Below are positions 14,783 through 27,900 of a stretch of 64,000 bases of DNA, piece by piece. Location: contig OZ024743.1 of assembly GCA_964016885.1 (NCBI GenBank), forward strand, positions 100,316,001 to 100,380,000, given 5' to 3'. How positions within the stretch are numbered: position 1 is the stretch's first letter; every line of letters begins with the position of its first letter. The notes below the pieces were generated by a model. The model saw only the letters and a list, made by a program, of their open reading frames with translations, ran no database searches and was not told the DNA's origin. Both the position numbers and the translations under genes were made by a program. The DNA comes from Eledone cirrhosa. Taxonomy: Eukaryota.

Positions 14783-15874
14783 TATTATTATTATTTACTT
14801 TTTTTCCAGATCTACACCTGGAGGTCAGTAGATGGCGCTATTAGTGAATTTGACACAAATGTATGGAAAATTCCAGAGTAAGTATTATAAAAGAATGGAT
14901 GGTGAGGACTTCAAGATTAAAATTATGTATTGGTTCTAAGTGAAGTTTAATACCATGTCACATTCCTTGCATTATTATATGTTAGTAACTTCAAATTCCA
15001 CAATACCTTTTTTTAACTCTTAATATCCTGTACCACATGAAACCACATTAGCAAAAAATTCTTGTAAGTACAAAGCAGCACTCTGATTGCATCACAATAA
15101 TAAGTCTTTTTTTTAGTTAACTGAAAATTCTCACTGCAGTCCATCCACTACTAATGATAAACATTTTAATTATTAAACCCACTTTTAGATAGTTTCTGCT
15201 AAACTATTACAGGATGTTATAGGTTAAAATAGATATAATATTGGTGTCACGTCAAACTTGGTTGAGCAGACCTATGATTAAAGGCTTTCCAGTCGTGACC
15301 ATCCTGTCGGGGGAGGGGGGGGGGTCTAGAATTACATTACTTATGACATTTTTATGACTGTGTAGTGTTGTTGTTGTTACAGCTCACACCTATGCAGGTT
15401 TAGCTGGCCTCCTCCAAAGTATATCTCATTGGAGGTGTCTTGGGTAATTTAATGATAGGGACCCCAGTCCTATCATCTCATTTCTACAGCTGAGTAAACT
15501 GGAGCAACGTGAAATAAAGTGTCTTGCTCAAGGAAACAACACATCTCCCGGTCCGAGAATTGAACTTACAACCTTTCGATTGCAAGCCCAATGCTCTAAC
15601 CACTAAGCCATGCACCTTCACTGTGTAGTGTAATATTAAGGAAATAATGTCTGCCAGTTCTGTCAGGTTGACTGACCCTGTAGACACCTCCATTGTTGAC
15701 TTTAAAAGGAGTGTTTGTTTGTCGTTGTAGTTTGGGCCCTAGCTTCGTTTATAATGAATTAATGTTTTGTTAAACTATGCAATGTTTGCTGCAGGATACA
15801 ATGACAACTCATAAGACAAACGTTTGACATTATCATCATCATCATCATCTCTCTCTCTCTCACTCTCTCTCTAA

Positions 15875-15915
<41 letters not shown>

Positions 15916-18900
15916 ACTCTCACTCTCTCTCTCTCTCTCTCATTTTGTGACACACATCTTCAAATTTTTGTTTGTTTTGAAAGTCACTTTAAAGGCATAA
16001 TACACCATACATATTCCATGGGTGCTTTTAGCAGAGACCTGGGGACATGGCTTGAATACTTGCATCATCATACATTCACATTGTATTCTGGCAAGGGCTG
16101 AACGGGTTGTCACAGTTTGAGACCAGATGGTTTGGAGCAACCTCATCTTGCTCATACATTCCATATTTGTCCTGGTTGTTCTAGCTAGACCTCTTTCTAA
16201 TGCTAACCACCCTACAGGTTGTACTGCATGCATTTTTTGTGACACCAGTACTACCACTTTACAGAGCGTACTTGGTACATTTTATCAGGGCCCCAACAGA
16301 ATGGATTCTGCTAAAAGCGACAAATTACCCGGTGGTGGTATCGGACCTGGAGACAAATTGTCAGGTGGTGGTGTTGGACCTGGAGACAAATTAAGTCTAC
16401 CAGCCAAATTAGCCATGGCTAGATTTGAACTGAGAACACAAAGGGCCAGAACAAATACAGTAAAGCATTCCGACTCTGCCAATCAATCACCATAGATTGA
16501 TCCTTTTTTTATCATCCCCAGAAAGTTGAAGTTGATCTCAATCATATTTGAACTCAGAATGGAAGTAGCTTGAGTGAATAACACAGGACATTTGGTCCTA
16601 TGCCCTAATGTTTTTACCGATCCACCACCCAATTGTTTGTGTGTGTGTGCATATATAGATGTTTATCAACTACACCATACCATACATGTAAAATACATCA
16701 CGACATGGGCCCATAACTCCAGATTGAGTCATAGGAGCATCATAGTGATATCTTGGGCATTTAAACCTGCCAAAACCCATTCCTCTCCAGGGTGAACATA
16801 GCTGATTTTTTTCCAAAGAGAGAGATATAGTAGAAGAATCAACCCTAGTATTACACTAATACTTTATATTTGAGTGTTACCTTAACCATGGAACAAAATC
16901 AAAATCAAGATCTATAATGTTATACATGATAATATAACTATGTATCTGTAACTCCTAATAGAGTCAGAGGAGCACCATAGTGTCATGATAGTCAGCCAAT
17001 GTTTCTTGGGCATTTTAAACCTGGCAGATCTTATCCCCTCTCCGGGTCTAAATACAGCTGATGTCTTCCAGAGAGAGTGATAGAGATATAGAAGAAGAAT
17101 CACCCCCAGTACTTGACTGGTACTTTATATATCAATCTTGAAAAGCTGAAAGGCAGAATTTGAACTCAGAGTCAGAATAAATACTACAAAGCATTCTACC
17201 AAATGTTTTAATGACTGCTAATTCATTACATTTTATACTTCACCTTGTTTATAAAAAAAAATACATCATTGAAAATATATCATTAAACCCATTTTTATTT
17301 TATGGTTATAGACATATATTACTAATCTAATATAAATTACACAATATCAATATCCTTGAGGCTATTCAACAAAACCATGTTTTTTGCAATACTTGATAAT
17401 TACAAAAGCTGTTATTGCCAAACCTGCTTTTTATTGCTCTGTATTGTTTCAGCACTCCATAGAATTTTATGAACAAGAAAAAAAACGTTTATTAAAAACT
17501 CGTACAATATGATTTATTGATCACCGTCAATTTTCTATGTAAACCTAAGATTTATATATATAGAAGCATGTTTTTCTTACCAAGTTTACTGACAATATCC
17601 TTTTCATAAATAACTCTAGTACACTCTAAAATTCCAGCTTGTATATGGTCACCTTTGTAGAGCCAAGATTGCCAACAAAAGAAACAAATGCTAGTTCAAT
17701 AAAATTTTTATAATCATCTTCATTTTTATGTCTACTTTTCCATGCTGGCATGAATTGGATGAGACTTTCTGAGAGCAGTCTTTTTAAGGTCAGATGTTCT
17801 TCCTGGCATCAATACTTTATAAGTATGGTACAGACCGTTTGTCTTCGGTGTTAATAAACGACAATAAGTTATTTCCCTTTATAAGTTTTTAATTCTTGTT
17901 TGGCGAAACACCTTCAAATTTTAATTTGTTTTGAATGTAACTTGAAATACATAATACACATAAGAAACCTATAAAAATATAGTCATGAAAGAGCTAAGAG
18001 ACTTTGCAATAGTGACTGCAATATCTCTGATACATGTCTACAATCTTAATCCTTCCTTATTTACTTCATACCAAGTCTTATTCCACACCCCTGTTTGTTT
18101 TATTTCTAGGCTGAATAGCACTATAACTGCTATAACATCCATGCAAAAAAACTTGTTTGCTTGTGCTGCTGAAGTGCCTTTAGAATCTCTATGTAAAAGA
18201 AAAGATGTGTTTGTTGTCCCAGGCAAGTATTTTACATTATAAGCCATCATCATTCTAATTATGTTTAATGTCAATTTCTTCCCACACTAACATGACCTGG
18301 GTGAATTTTCAAGATCTTTTGTCATTTCATAGGTGTAATCTGCTTTCTTTATTAACTCTATACTAACTTGTCTTCGGCTTACATCTACTGCTAGCTGAAA
18401 AGACATTTTTACTCACACATACTCACACGACCGTGACCTCTGGCGTCATGCAGTAATACAGAGTACCCGACCTCCCATGGGTACAAGCTGAAGCATATAG
18501 ACAATATGCCCCCACACCCTCCCACTGCAAGGTGCCACGGCAAAAAAGCACCCAGCCCACACTGTAAAGTGGACGTGTAGGCGCCACAGAAAAAGCACCC
18601 AGCACTCACTGTAAATGAGGTTGGTGTTAGGAAGGGCATCCAGCTGTAGAAACCAAGCCAAAATCAGTTCCTGTATGAGCAAGGCATGGTCAGTTGACCA
18701 GACACTGCTCACAACAGGACAACCCGTCTAACCCATGCTAGCATGGAAGAACGGACGTAAAACGGTGATGATGATGACATATATTGTCAAATTCTGTCAT
18801 ATGAAGAGCCCAACGCAGTCATCCCCCTTCCATAATGTCTTGGATACCCAGTCAGTTCAAATTCTTTTAATGTTTCTTAGGTTCAACACTTGATTTTATT

Positions 18901-21900
18901 AGCGTTTTCCTGTAATTGCCATAGTTTGAATAGATAATGATTTTTAACTTAGACCAAGAGTTTGTAGTGTAGGTAGTAGTAGAGGTTGTAGTGTAGGTAG
19001 TAGTAGAGGTTGTAGTGTAGGTAGTAGTAGAGGTTGCAGTGTAGGCAGTAGGAGAGGTTGTAGTGTAGATAGTAGTAGAGGTTGTAGTGTAGGCAGTAGT
19101 AGAGGTTATAGTGTATGTAGTAGTAGATGTAATGTAGGTAGTAGTAGATGTAATGTAGGTAGTAGTAGATGTAGTGTAGGCAGTAGTAGATATTGTAGTG
19201 TAGGTTGTAGTAGAGGTTGTAGTGTAGGTAGTAGTAGATGTAGTGTAGGCAGTAGGAGAGGTTGTAGTGTAGATAGTAGTAGAGGTTGTAGTGTAGGCAG
19301 TAGTAGAGGTTGTAGTGTAGGTAGTAGTAGAGGTTGTAGTGTAGGTAGTAGTAGAGGTTATAGTATATGTAGTAGTAGATGTAATGTAGGTAGTAGTAGA
19401 TGTAATGTAGGTAGTAGTAGATGTAATGTAGGTAGTAGTAGATGTAGTGTAGGTAGTAGTAGATGTAGTGTAGGCAGTAGTAGATGTAGTGTAGGCAGTA
19501 GTAGATATTGTAGTGTAGGTAGTAGTAGAGGTTGTAGTGTAGGTAGTAGTAGATGTAGTGTAGGCAGTAGTAGATATTGTAGTGTAGGTAGTAGTAAAGG
19601 TTGTAGTGTAGGTAGTAGTAGAGGTTGTAGTAGAGGTTATAGTGTATGTAGTAGTAGAGGTTGTAGTAGATGTAGTGTAGGTAGTAGTAGATGTAGTGTA
19701 TGTAGTAGTAGATGTTGTAGTGTAGGTAGTAGTAGATGTAGTGTAGGCAGTAGTAGAGGTTGTAGTGTATGTAGTAGTAGATATTGTAGTGTATGTAGTA
19801 GTAGATATTGTAGTGTAGGCAGTAGTGTAGGTAGTAGTAGAGGTTGTAGTGTAGGTAGTAGTAGAGGTTATAGTGTATGTAGTAGTAGATGTAATGTAGG
19901 TAGTAGTAGATGTAGTGTAGGTAGTAGTAGATGTAGTGTAGGCAGTAGTAGAGGTTGTAGTGTATGTAGTAGTAGATGTAGTGTAGGCAGTAGTAGAGGT
20001 TGTAGTGTATGTAGTAGTAGATATTGTAGTGTATGTAGTAGTAGATATTGTAGTGTATGTTGTAGTGTAGGCAGTAGTAGAGGTTGTAGTGTATGTAGTA
20101 GTAGATATTGTAGTGTATGTAGTAGTAGATATTGTAGTGTAGGCAGTAGTAGAGGTTGTAGTGTAGGCAGTAGTAGAGGTGGTGTAGGCAGTAGTAGAGG
20201 TTGTAGTGTAGGCAGTAGTAGAGGTTGTAGTGTAGGCAGTAGTAGAGGTTGTAGTGTAGGTAGTAGTAGAAGTTGTGGTGTAGGCAGTAGTAGAAGTAGT
20301 GTAGGCAGTAGTAGAGGTTGTAATGTAGGCAGTAGTATAGGTTGTAGTGTAGGCAGTAGTAGAGGTTGTGGTGTAGGCAGTGGTAGAGGTTGCAGTGTAG
20401 GCAGTAGTAGTGAAGTTTCTCTCCACCTGGCTGTATTTCCCATTGCTGTTTCTCTGTTAGGAACTGTCAGTCTAAGGGCCGGGCTGGAACACCAGTTGAC
20501 TTGGAATTCTGTAAAATATTATTCTTGTATCAAGAACAAGGGAGATAACAAATGTTGTCTTGTTAACTCAGTAAGCTTTCAAATGTTTAAAGTTGTAGCA
20601 GATTTTAAAATAACGATAATGATAGTTCAAGTGATTATTACATGTGAATTATTGCAATAAATTTTGTTACAAGTGATTATTACATGTGAATTATTGCAAT
20701 AAATTTTGTTTCAAGTGATTATTACATGTGAATTATTGCAGTAAACCTGTGATGGGGAGAGACATTGAAGTTGACTTTCAACTGTATGTTTTAGATTTGA
20801 TTGGATAAAGGAGACACAGCAATGACTATGTCTATCGTTTTGTCATTTATATATATATATATCTCCCTAAAAATGAAAGGCAGGTTATACGATGCCTGCA
20901 TACGAACAGCAATGCTGCATGGCAGTGAGACCTGGGCATTGTGTGCAGAGGATATACGCAGACTAGAGAGGAACGAAGCTTGCATGCTCCGCTGGATGTG
21001 CAATAGTAATATACGTGAACGGCAAAGCATAAACGAACTAAGGAAAAAATTAGAAATAAGAGGGATCAGATGTTGTTTACTCGAGAGAAGGCTACGTTGG
21101 TACGGTCACGTGATGCGCATGAAAGACGACAGCTGTATAACAAAGTGCAGGGCAATAAAGATAGACGGTAGCCACGGAGTAGGCAGACCCAGAAAAACAT
21201 GGGACGAGCTGATAAATTCCGACCTCACACGCTTACACCTCTCCAAGACAATGTCACTGGACCGAGACCTTTGGCGGTACTCAGTAATAGAGAAGACCCG
21301 CCTTACCTAAATACAAAGTAAAAACCTACTACAGTCAGTAGGCACCTCTATCAAAACACACCCCCGTCCCACCACCTCCACCCCACCCACACCGCCCCTT
21401 TCAATGTAAAGTTATGTTGGTCCCACAACATCCAGGCCGAAACAAATGAGATCGTGTAGGTGTCACGACAAAAAACACACAGTCCACGCTGTAAATGTGG
21501 CCGTGTAGGCAACACGGTAAAAACCTCCCAGCCCCACACTGTAAATGTGGTTGGTGTTAGGAAGGGCATCCAGCTGTAGAAAACCCGCCAGACAGTCCAC
21601 GCTGTAATGTGGCCGTGTAGGCAACACGGTAAAAACCTCCCAGCCCCACACTGTAAATGTGGTTGGTGTTAGGAAGGGCATCCAACTGTAGAAAACCCGC
21701 CAGACAGTCCTATGCGAGCAAGACAACCACTCTTGCCTCAAGTGGGAAAACCCCCGTCCAAACCCATGCAAGCGTGGAACACGGACGCTAAACCTGATGA
21801 TGATGATGATGATGATGATATATATATATATACAGGGTGTCCTCCAAAAAAGGTATACAGATTTCAACAGTCAGGTAATGAAAATATGTATACATTTTTG

Positions 21901-24900
21901 GCGACACCCTGTATGCATGCTACTTTTGTGTTATACAAACATATGTTTGGTGCAAACAAATTTATAGTTTGATAAAGATATAACACAGTTGTATGATAAA
22001 GATATAACATAGTATGATAAAGATATAACATAGTTGTATGATAAAGATATAACATAGTATGATGATAAAGATATAACAGTAATATGATAAAGATATAACA
22101 GTAATATGATAAAGATATAATAGTAATATGATAAAGATATAACATAGTAATATGATAAAGATATAACATAGTAATATGATAAAGATATAACATAGTAATA
22201 TGATAAAGATATAACATAGTAATATGATAAAGATATAACATAGTTGTATGATAAAGATATAACTGTAATACGATAAAGATATAACATAGTAATATGATAA
22301 AGTTATAACAGTAATATGATAAAGATATAACATAGTTGTATGATAAAGATATAACATAGTAATATGATAAAGATATAACATAGTAATATGATAAAGATAT
22401 AACATAGTTGTATGATAAAGTTATAACAGTAATATGATAAAGATATAACAGTAATATGATAAAATATAACAGTAATATGATAAAGATATAACACAGTTGT
22501 ATAATAAAGATATAACATAGTATGATAAAGATATAACATAGTTGTATGATAAAGATATAACAGTAGTTTACTCAATAAACTAAAAGAATTACTATAGTAT
22601 ATCCTATGCTGTATTATGTCATCATTACAGAGATTTGTGAAAAATGTGACCGAGCCACCTACAGGAATCTAACCTGTTGTATACTGAACAAATGTATAAA
22701 CCACTAAGACAACATGACAGCCTATATATTATTGTAAGGTGGTGGATTGGCAGAATTGGTAGAGCATCGGACAAAAGCTTTGCAGTATTTAGTTATGGCC
22801 CTTTACATTCTGAGTTCAAATTCCACTGAGATTATCTTTTCCTTTCATCCTTTCGGGGGTCGATAAAATAAAGTTCCAGTAATACACTGGGGTTGACTTA
22901 GTCGACACCCCCCCCACCACCAACAAAAAAAAAGAAAATTGCTGGCCTTGTGCCAAATGTAGAAACAATTATTATATAAATTAAATCATAATGAATATTT
23001 AGTTCAGATTGGCAATAAAAACCATGCTTAACTTTCTTTCCATTGCAGAAGCAGACAAAGTAAATTCCTGTAACGATGGTAATGAGAAACAAATGCTTGA
23101 ATCAACTACAGAAACGGCAAATCTAGAAAAATTATTGAATCTCAAAAGAACTTCCGATGTAAATATATTTACAATAGAACTGCTGTGTAAAAACAATACC
23201 AGCTTTTCATTACCATATTTCTAATAAAAGACATTGTGTTTTTAAATCATTCATGAAAAAACATAGAAACTTTACAGTTGTTGGCATTTGTAAAAGTATC
23301 AAACTGATCAGGATTTTTATATCATTATCTTTGTGTGTGTTGTTATTTTGTGTTGTAAAACTGAAGTTTTTATCTATTTTCAGTGTGAAATTGACAATCC
23401 ATCACAGGTTGTTGTGATTTGTGTGAAGGAAAATATGAAAGATCCTGAACTTATAGTCAGAACTAACATTAAAGGAATTATTTCACCTGACTTGCTTCAC
23501 TTTCAGGTTTGTAATCTCTGTTACATTGTAGCTTCTTAATGTCCTCTATCACATGCAACTGCATTAGCAAGACATTCTTGAAAAGTACAAAGCATCATTA
23601 TGATTGCATCATGTTCAAAATTAAAGTCTTGACTTTCGTTTACTGCAAATTTTCATAATGGTCTGTTCACCAGTAACGATACTATAACATATAAACATAT
23701 TGTTGTGAAAATTGGCAACAAACTTTAGACTTCAATTTTTAATGGGATGCAGTCATAGTGCTGTTTTATTCTTCACAAGAATGCCTTTCTAATATAGTTT
23801 CATATGGTACAGGATGTTGAGAGTTAAACTACATTTAATGAATAAAACAATGAAAACATTGTTTCCTTGGTCCAATCTGAAGTGCAGCTCCTTTCCTGCT
23901 CTGTCAACTGCAGTAACTCAAAAAGGAGTATATTGAGATATCATCTCCATAATTTGACATCCACATGGGTTGGATGAGTTGTCATGGTCTAAGTCAGTTC
24001 TTATTTGGAGTCACTGCTCACTTAGATGGAAGGGCCATGTCTTTAACATGTGCTCCATTTTTGGAATGATTTCTACAAGGAGAATGGAAAGGGATAGGCT
24101 CTGCCAGGTTTAAAATTCCTAAGACATGCTATATATCATGACAACACCCTTATGACTCCATCAGGAGTTAGGGGTTCATACATCTACTGAGGGAGACACT
24201 GAATTACATAATGTAAATGATCCAGTTGCCATTGTTTCCACATAACAATCAGTAAATACCCATCAGTGGATGAGTTAAACAATGGAGCCTTGTTCTCAGA
24301 GATACATTATGTTTGGTAGAAAAAACATTTGGTCGTGGATGGAATACATTTTATCATAAGTCTACTCCATCAGAGTTGACTTGAGGCTAAACAACAACAA
24401 ATGTCTGGGACACAGATTGTTAGTGTTATTTATGGTTGTTAGTGAGGGCATCTTCATTAGTGAGGACATCCTCATTAGGGAGGACATCCTCATTAGTGAG
24501 GGCATCTTCATTAGTGAGGGCATCCTCATTAGGAAGGGCATCCTCATTAGGGAGGACATCCTCATTAGTAATGGCTACCTCATTAGAGAGGACATCTTCA
24601 TTAGTGAGGGCATCCTCATTAGGAAGGACACCCTCATTAGGAAGGACATCCTCATTAGAGAGGACATCGTCATTAGTGAGGACATCCTCATTAGGGAGGA
24701 CATCCTCATTAGGAAGGGCATCCTCATTAGAGAGGACATCCTCATTAGGGAGGACATCCTCATAAGTGAGGGCATCCTCATTAGGAAGGGCATCCTCATT
24801 AGAGAGGACATCCTCATTAGGGAGGACATCCTCATTAGGGAGGACATCTTCATTAGGGAGGGCATCCTCATTAGTGAAGACATCCTCATTAGTGAAGACA

Positions 24901-27900
24901 TCCTCATTAGTGAGGGCATCCTCATTAGTGAAGAAGACATCCTCATTAGAGAGGACATCCTCATTAGTGAGGGCATCCTCATTAGGGAGGACATCCACCC
25001 GTAGAAATCTAGTCAGAAACAGTCCTATATGAGCATGTTACGGTCACGTGACCTAACTTGCCTCTAATGGATCAAATCTGTCTAACCCATGCTAGCATGG
25101 AAAATGGGCATTAAACGACGATAATGATTATGATGTGTTATTTTTATTTTATTTTATTTTTTCCAGGCTTTAAAACAGGTTCTAATCATTGGAAGCAATC
25201 TACAAACTTCTCTGAAACTATTTAATTTTGTTGGAGATTCAAAGTTAATCAAACTTGCTAATGTGGTAGGTGTTGTTTCATTCTGTTATATTTGAGTGCC
25301 CAGTCCACACTGTGAAGTGGTCATGTAGGTGACACGATAAAAACACCTTGAAAAGTTTTAATTAGTTTGAGAGAGTGAGGGGTGGAGTAGTGTTTCCATC
25401 TCCATAAATAGCATGATGAACAGACAGTATCTGGTTGCTAGAAAGAGTAGTAAATTCTCCTCAGTCAATATATAAATAAACAAACTTCTTTTTGTAAGTG
25501 TGTATATATATATGTAAAAGGTAAACAGAAATAATAACAGAAACAGTACAGTATATTGATGGAAGGAATATATTAGGTTAACGCTTGAAATAGCAGGAAA
25601 AGGGTCTTAATGTTTCAGACGCTAGTCTTTCATCAGAAGAAAGAATGAGAAATAAAAAAGATTATGAAGAAAATAATGCCTGTTTAAGCTTTCAACTGGC
25701 TATGTTGTATCATAAAATTTGGATTTTTAAAGGAACTTGTGGCTCTGCTTAAGTATTGGATGGTTTCTCATGATACATTCAATGCTTGCTGTGAAAACTG
25801 AAACTAAATAATACTGATAATGGTGATGTTGAAATCATATTTTTTTGAAAAAAATATTTAAAGGCCTTCACTTTAAGAATCATTAGACTCGTAATAGCTA
25901 TATAGAAAAAAATTATTTAAGATAGTTAATTTTCGATGTTTTATTGGTGATCACTTGCTTGTTAATCAAGCCTGTGTTGGTGATCTCTTGCTTGTTAATC
26001 AAGCCTCTGTTGGTGATCTCTTGTTGTTAATCAAGCCTCTGTTGGTGATCTCTTGTTGTTAATCAAGCCTCTGTTGGTGATCTCTTGTTGTTAATCAAGC
26101 CTCTGTTGGTGATCTCTTGTTGTTAATCAAGCCTCTGTTGGTGATCTCTTTCTTGTTAATCAAGCTTCTGTTGGTGATCTATTGCTTGTTAATCAATACT
26201 CTGTTGGTCATCTCTTGCTTGTTAATCAAGCCTCTGTTGATGATCTCTTGCTTGTTAATCAAGCCTCTGTTGGTGATCTCTTGCTTGTTAATCAAGCCTC
26301 TGTTGGTGATCTCTTGTTGTTAATCAAGCCTCTGTTGGTGATCTCTTGTTGTTAATCAAGCCTCTGTTGGTGATCTCTTTCTTGTTAATCAAGCCTCTGT
26401 TGGTGATCTATTGCTTGTTAATCGATCCTCTGTTGGTCATCTCTTGCTTGTTAATCAAGCCTCTGTTGGTGATCTCTTGCTTGTTAATCAAGCCTCTGTT
26501 GGTGATCTCTTGCTTGTTAATCAAGCCTCTGTTGGTGATCTCTTGTTGTTAATCAATCTTCTGTTGGTGATCTCTTGTTGTTAATCAAGCCTCTGTTGGT
26601 GATCTCTTGCTTGTTAATCAAGCCTCTGTTGGTGATCTTCTGTTGGTGATCTCTTGTTGTTAATCAAGCCTCTGTTGGTGATCTCTTGCTTGTTAATCAA
26701 GCCTCTGTTGGTGATCTCTTGCTTGTTAATCAAGCCTCTGTTGGTGATCTCTTGCTTGTTAATCAATCCTCTGTTGGTCATCTCTTGCTTGTTAATTAAT
26801 CCTGTTGGTGGTCTCTTGCTTGTTAATCAAGCCTCTGTTGGTGATCTCTTGCTTGTTAATCAAGCCTCTGTTGGTGATCTCTTGTTAATCAAGCCTCTGT
26901 TGGTGATCTCTTGCTTATTAATCAAGCTTCTGTTGGTGATCTCTTGCTTGTTAATCAAGCCTCTGTTGGTGATCTCTTGCTTATTAATCAAGCTTCTGTT
27001 GGTGATCTCTTGCTTGTTAATCAAGCCTCTGTTGGTGATCTCTTGCTTGTTAATCAAGCCTCTGTTGGTGATCTTTTACTTGTTAATCAAGCTTCTGTTG
27101 GTGATCTCTTGCTTGTTAATCAAGCCTCTGTTGGTGATCTCTTGTTGTTAATCAAGCCTCTGTTGGTGATCTCTTGCTTGTTAATCAATCCTCTGTTGGT
27201 GGTCTCTTGCTTGTTAATCAAGGCTCTGTTGGTGATCTCTTCCTTGTTAATCAAGCCTCTGTTGGTGATCTCTTGCTTGTTAATCAAGCCTCTGTTGGTG
27301 ATCTCTTGCTTGTTAATCAAGCCTCTGTTGGTGATCTATTGCTTGTTAATCGATCCTCTGTTGGTCATCTCTTGCTTGTTAATCAAGCCTCTGTTAGTGA
27401 TCTCTTTCTTGTTAATCAAGCCTCTGTTGGTGATCTATTGCTTGTTAATCGATCCTCTGTTGGTCATCTCTTGCTTGTTAATCAAGCCTCTGTTGGTGAT
27501 CTCTTGCTTGTTAATCAAGCCTCTGTTGGTGATCTCTTGCTTGTTAATCAAGCCTCTGTTGGTGATCTCTTGTTGTTAATCAATCTTCTGTTGGTGATCT
27601 CTTGTTGTTAATCAAGCCTCTGTTGGTGATCTCTTGTTGTTAATCAAGCCTCTGTTGGTGATCTCTTGCTTGTTAATCAAGCCTCTGTTGGTGATCTTCT
27701 GTTGGTGATCTCTTGTTGTTAATCAAGCCTCTGTTGGTGATCTCTTGCTTGTTAATCAAGCCTCTGTTGGTGATCTCTTGCTTGTTAATCAAGCCTCTGT
27801 TGGTGATCTCTTGCTTGTTAATCAATCCTCTGTTGGTCATCTCTTGCTTGTTAATTAATCCTGTTGGTGGTCTCTTGCTTGTTAATCAAGCCTCTGTTGG

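Noticed and set aside
18867-20443. 519-aa Thr/Tyr-rich ORF on the minus strand
   Set aside because: Produced by the GTA-based minisatellite; no unique domain or signal peptide
24381-25032. Hexapeptide-repeat-like ORF (EDILIR)n
   Set aside because: 18-bp VNTR derived from a SINE motif
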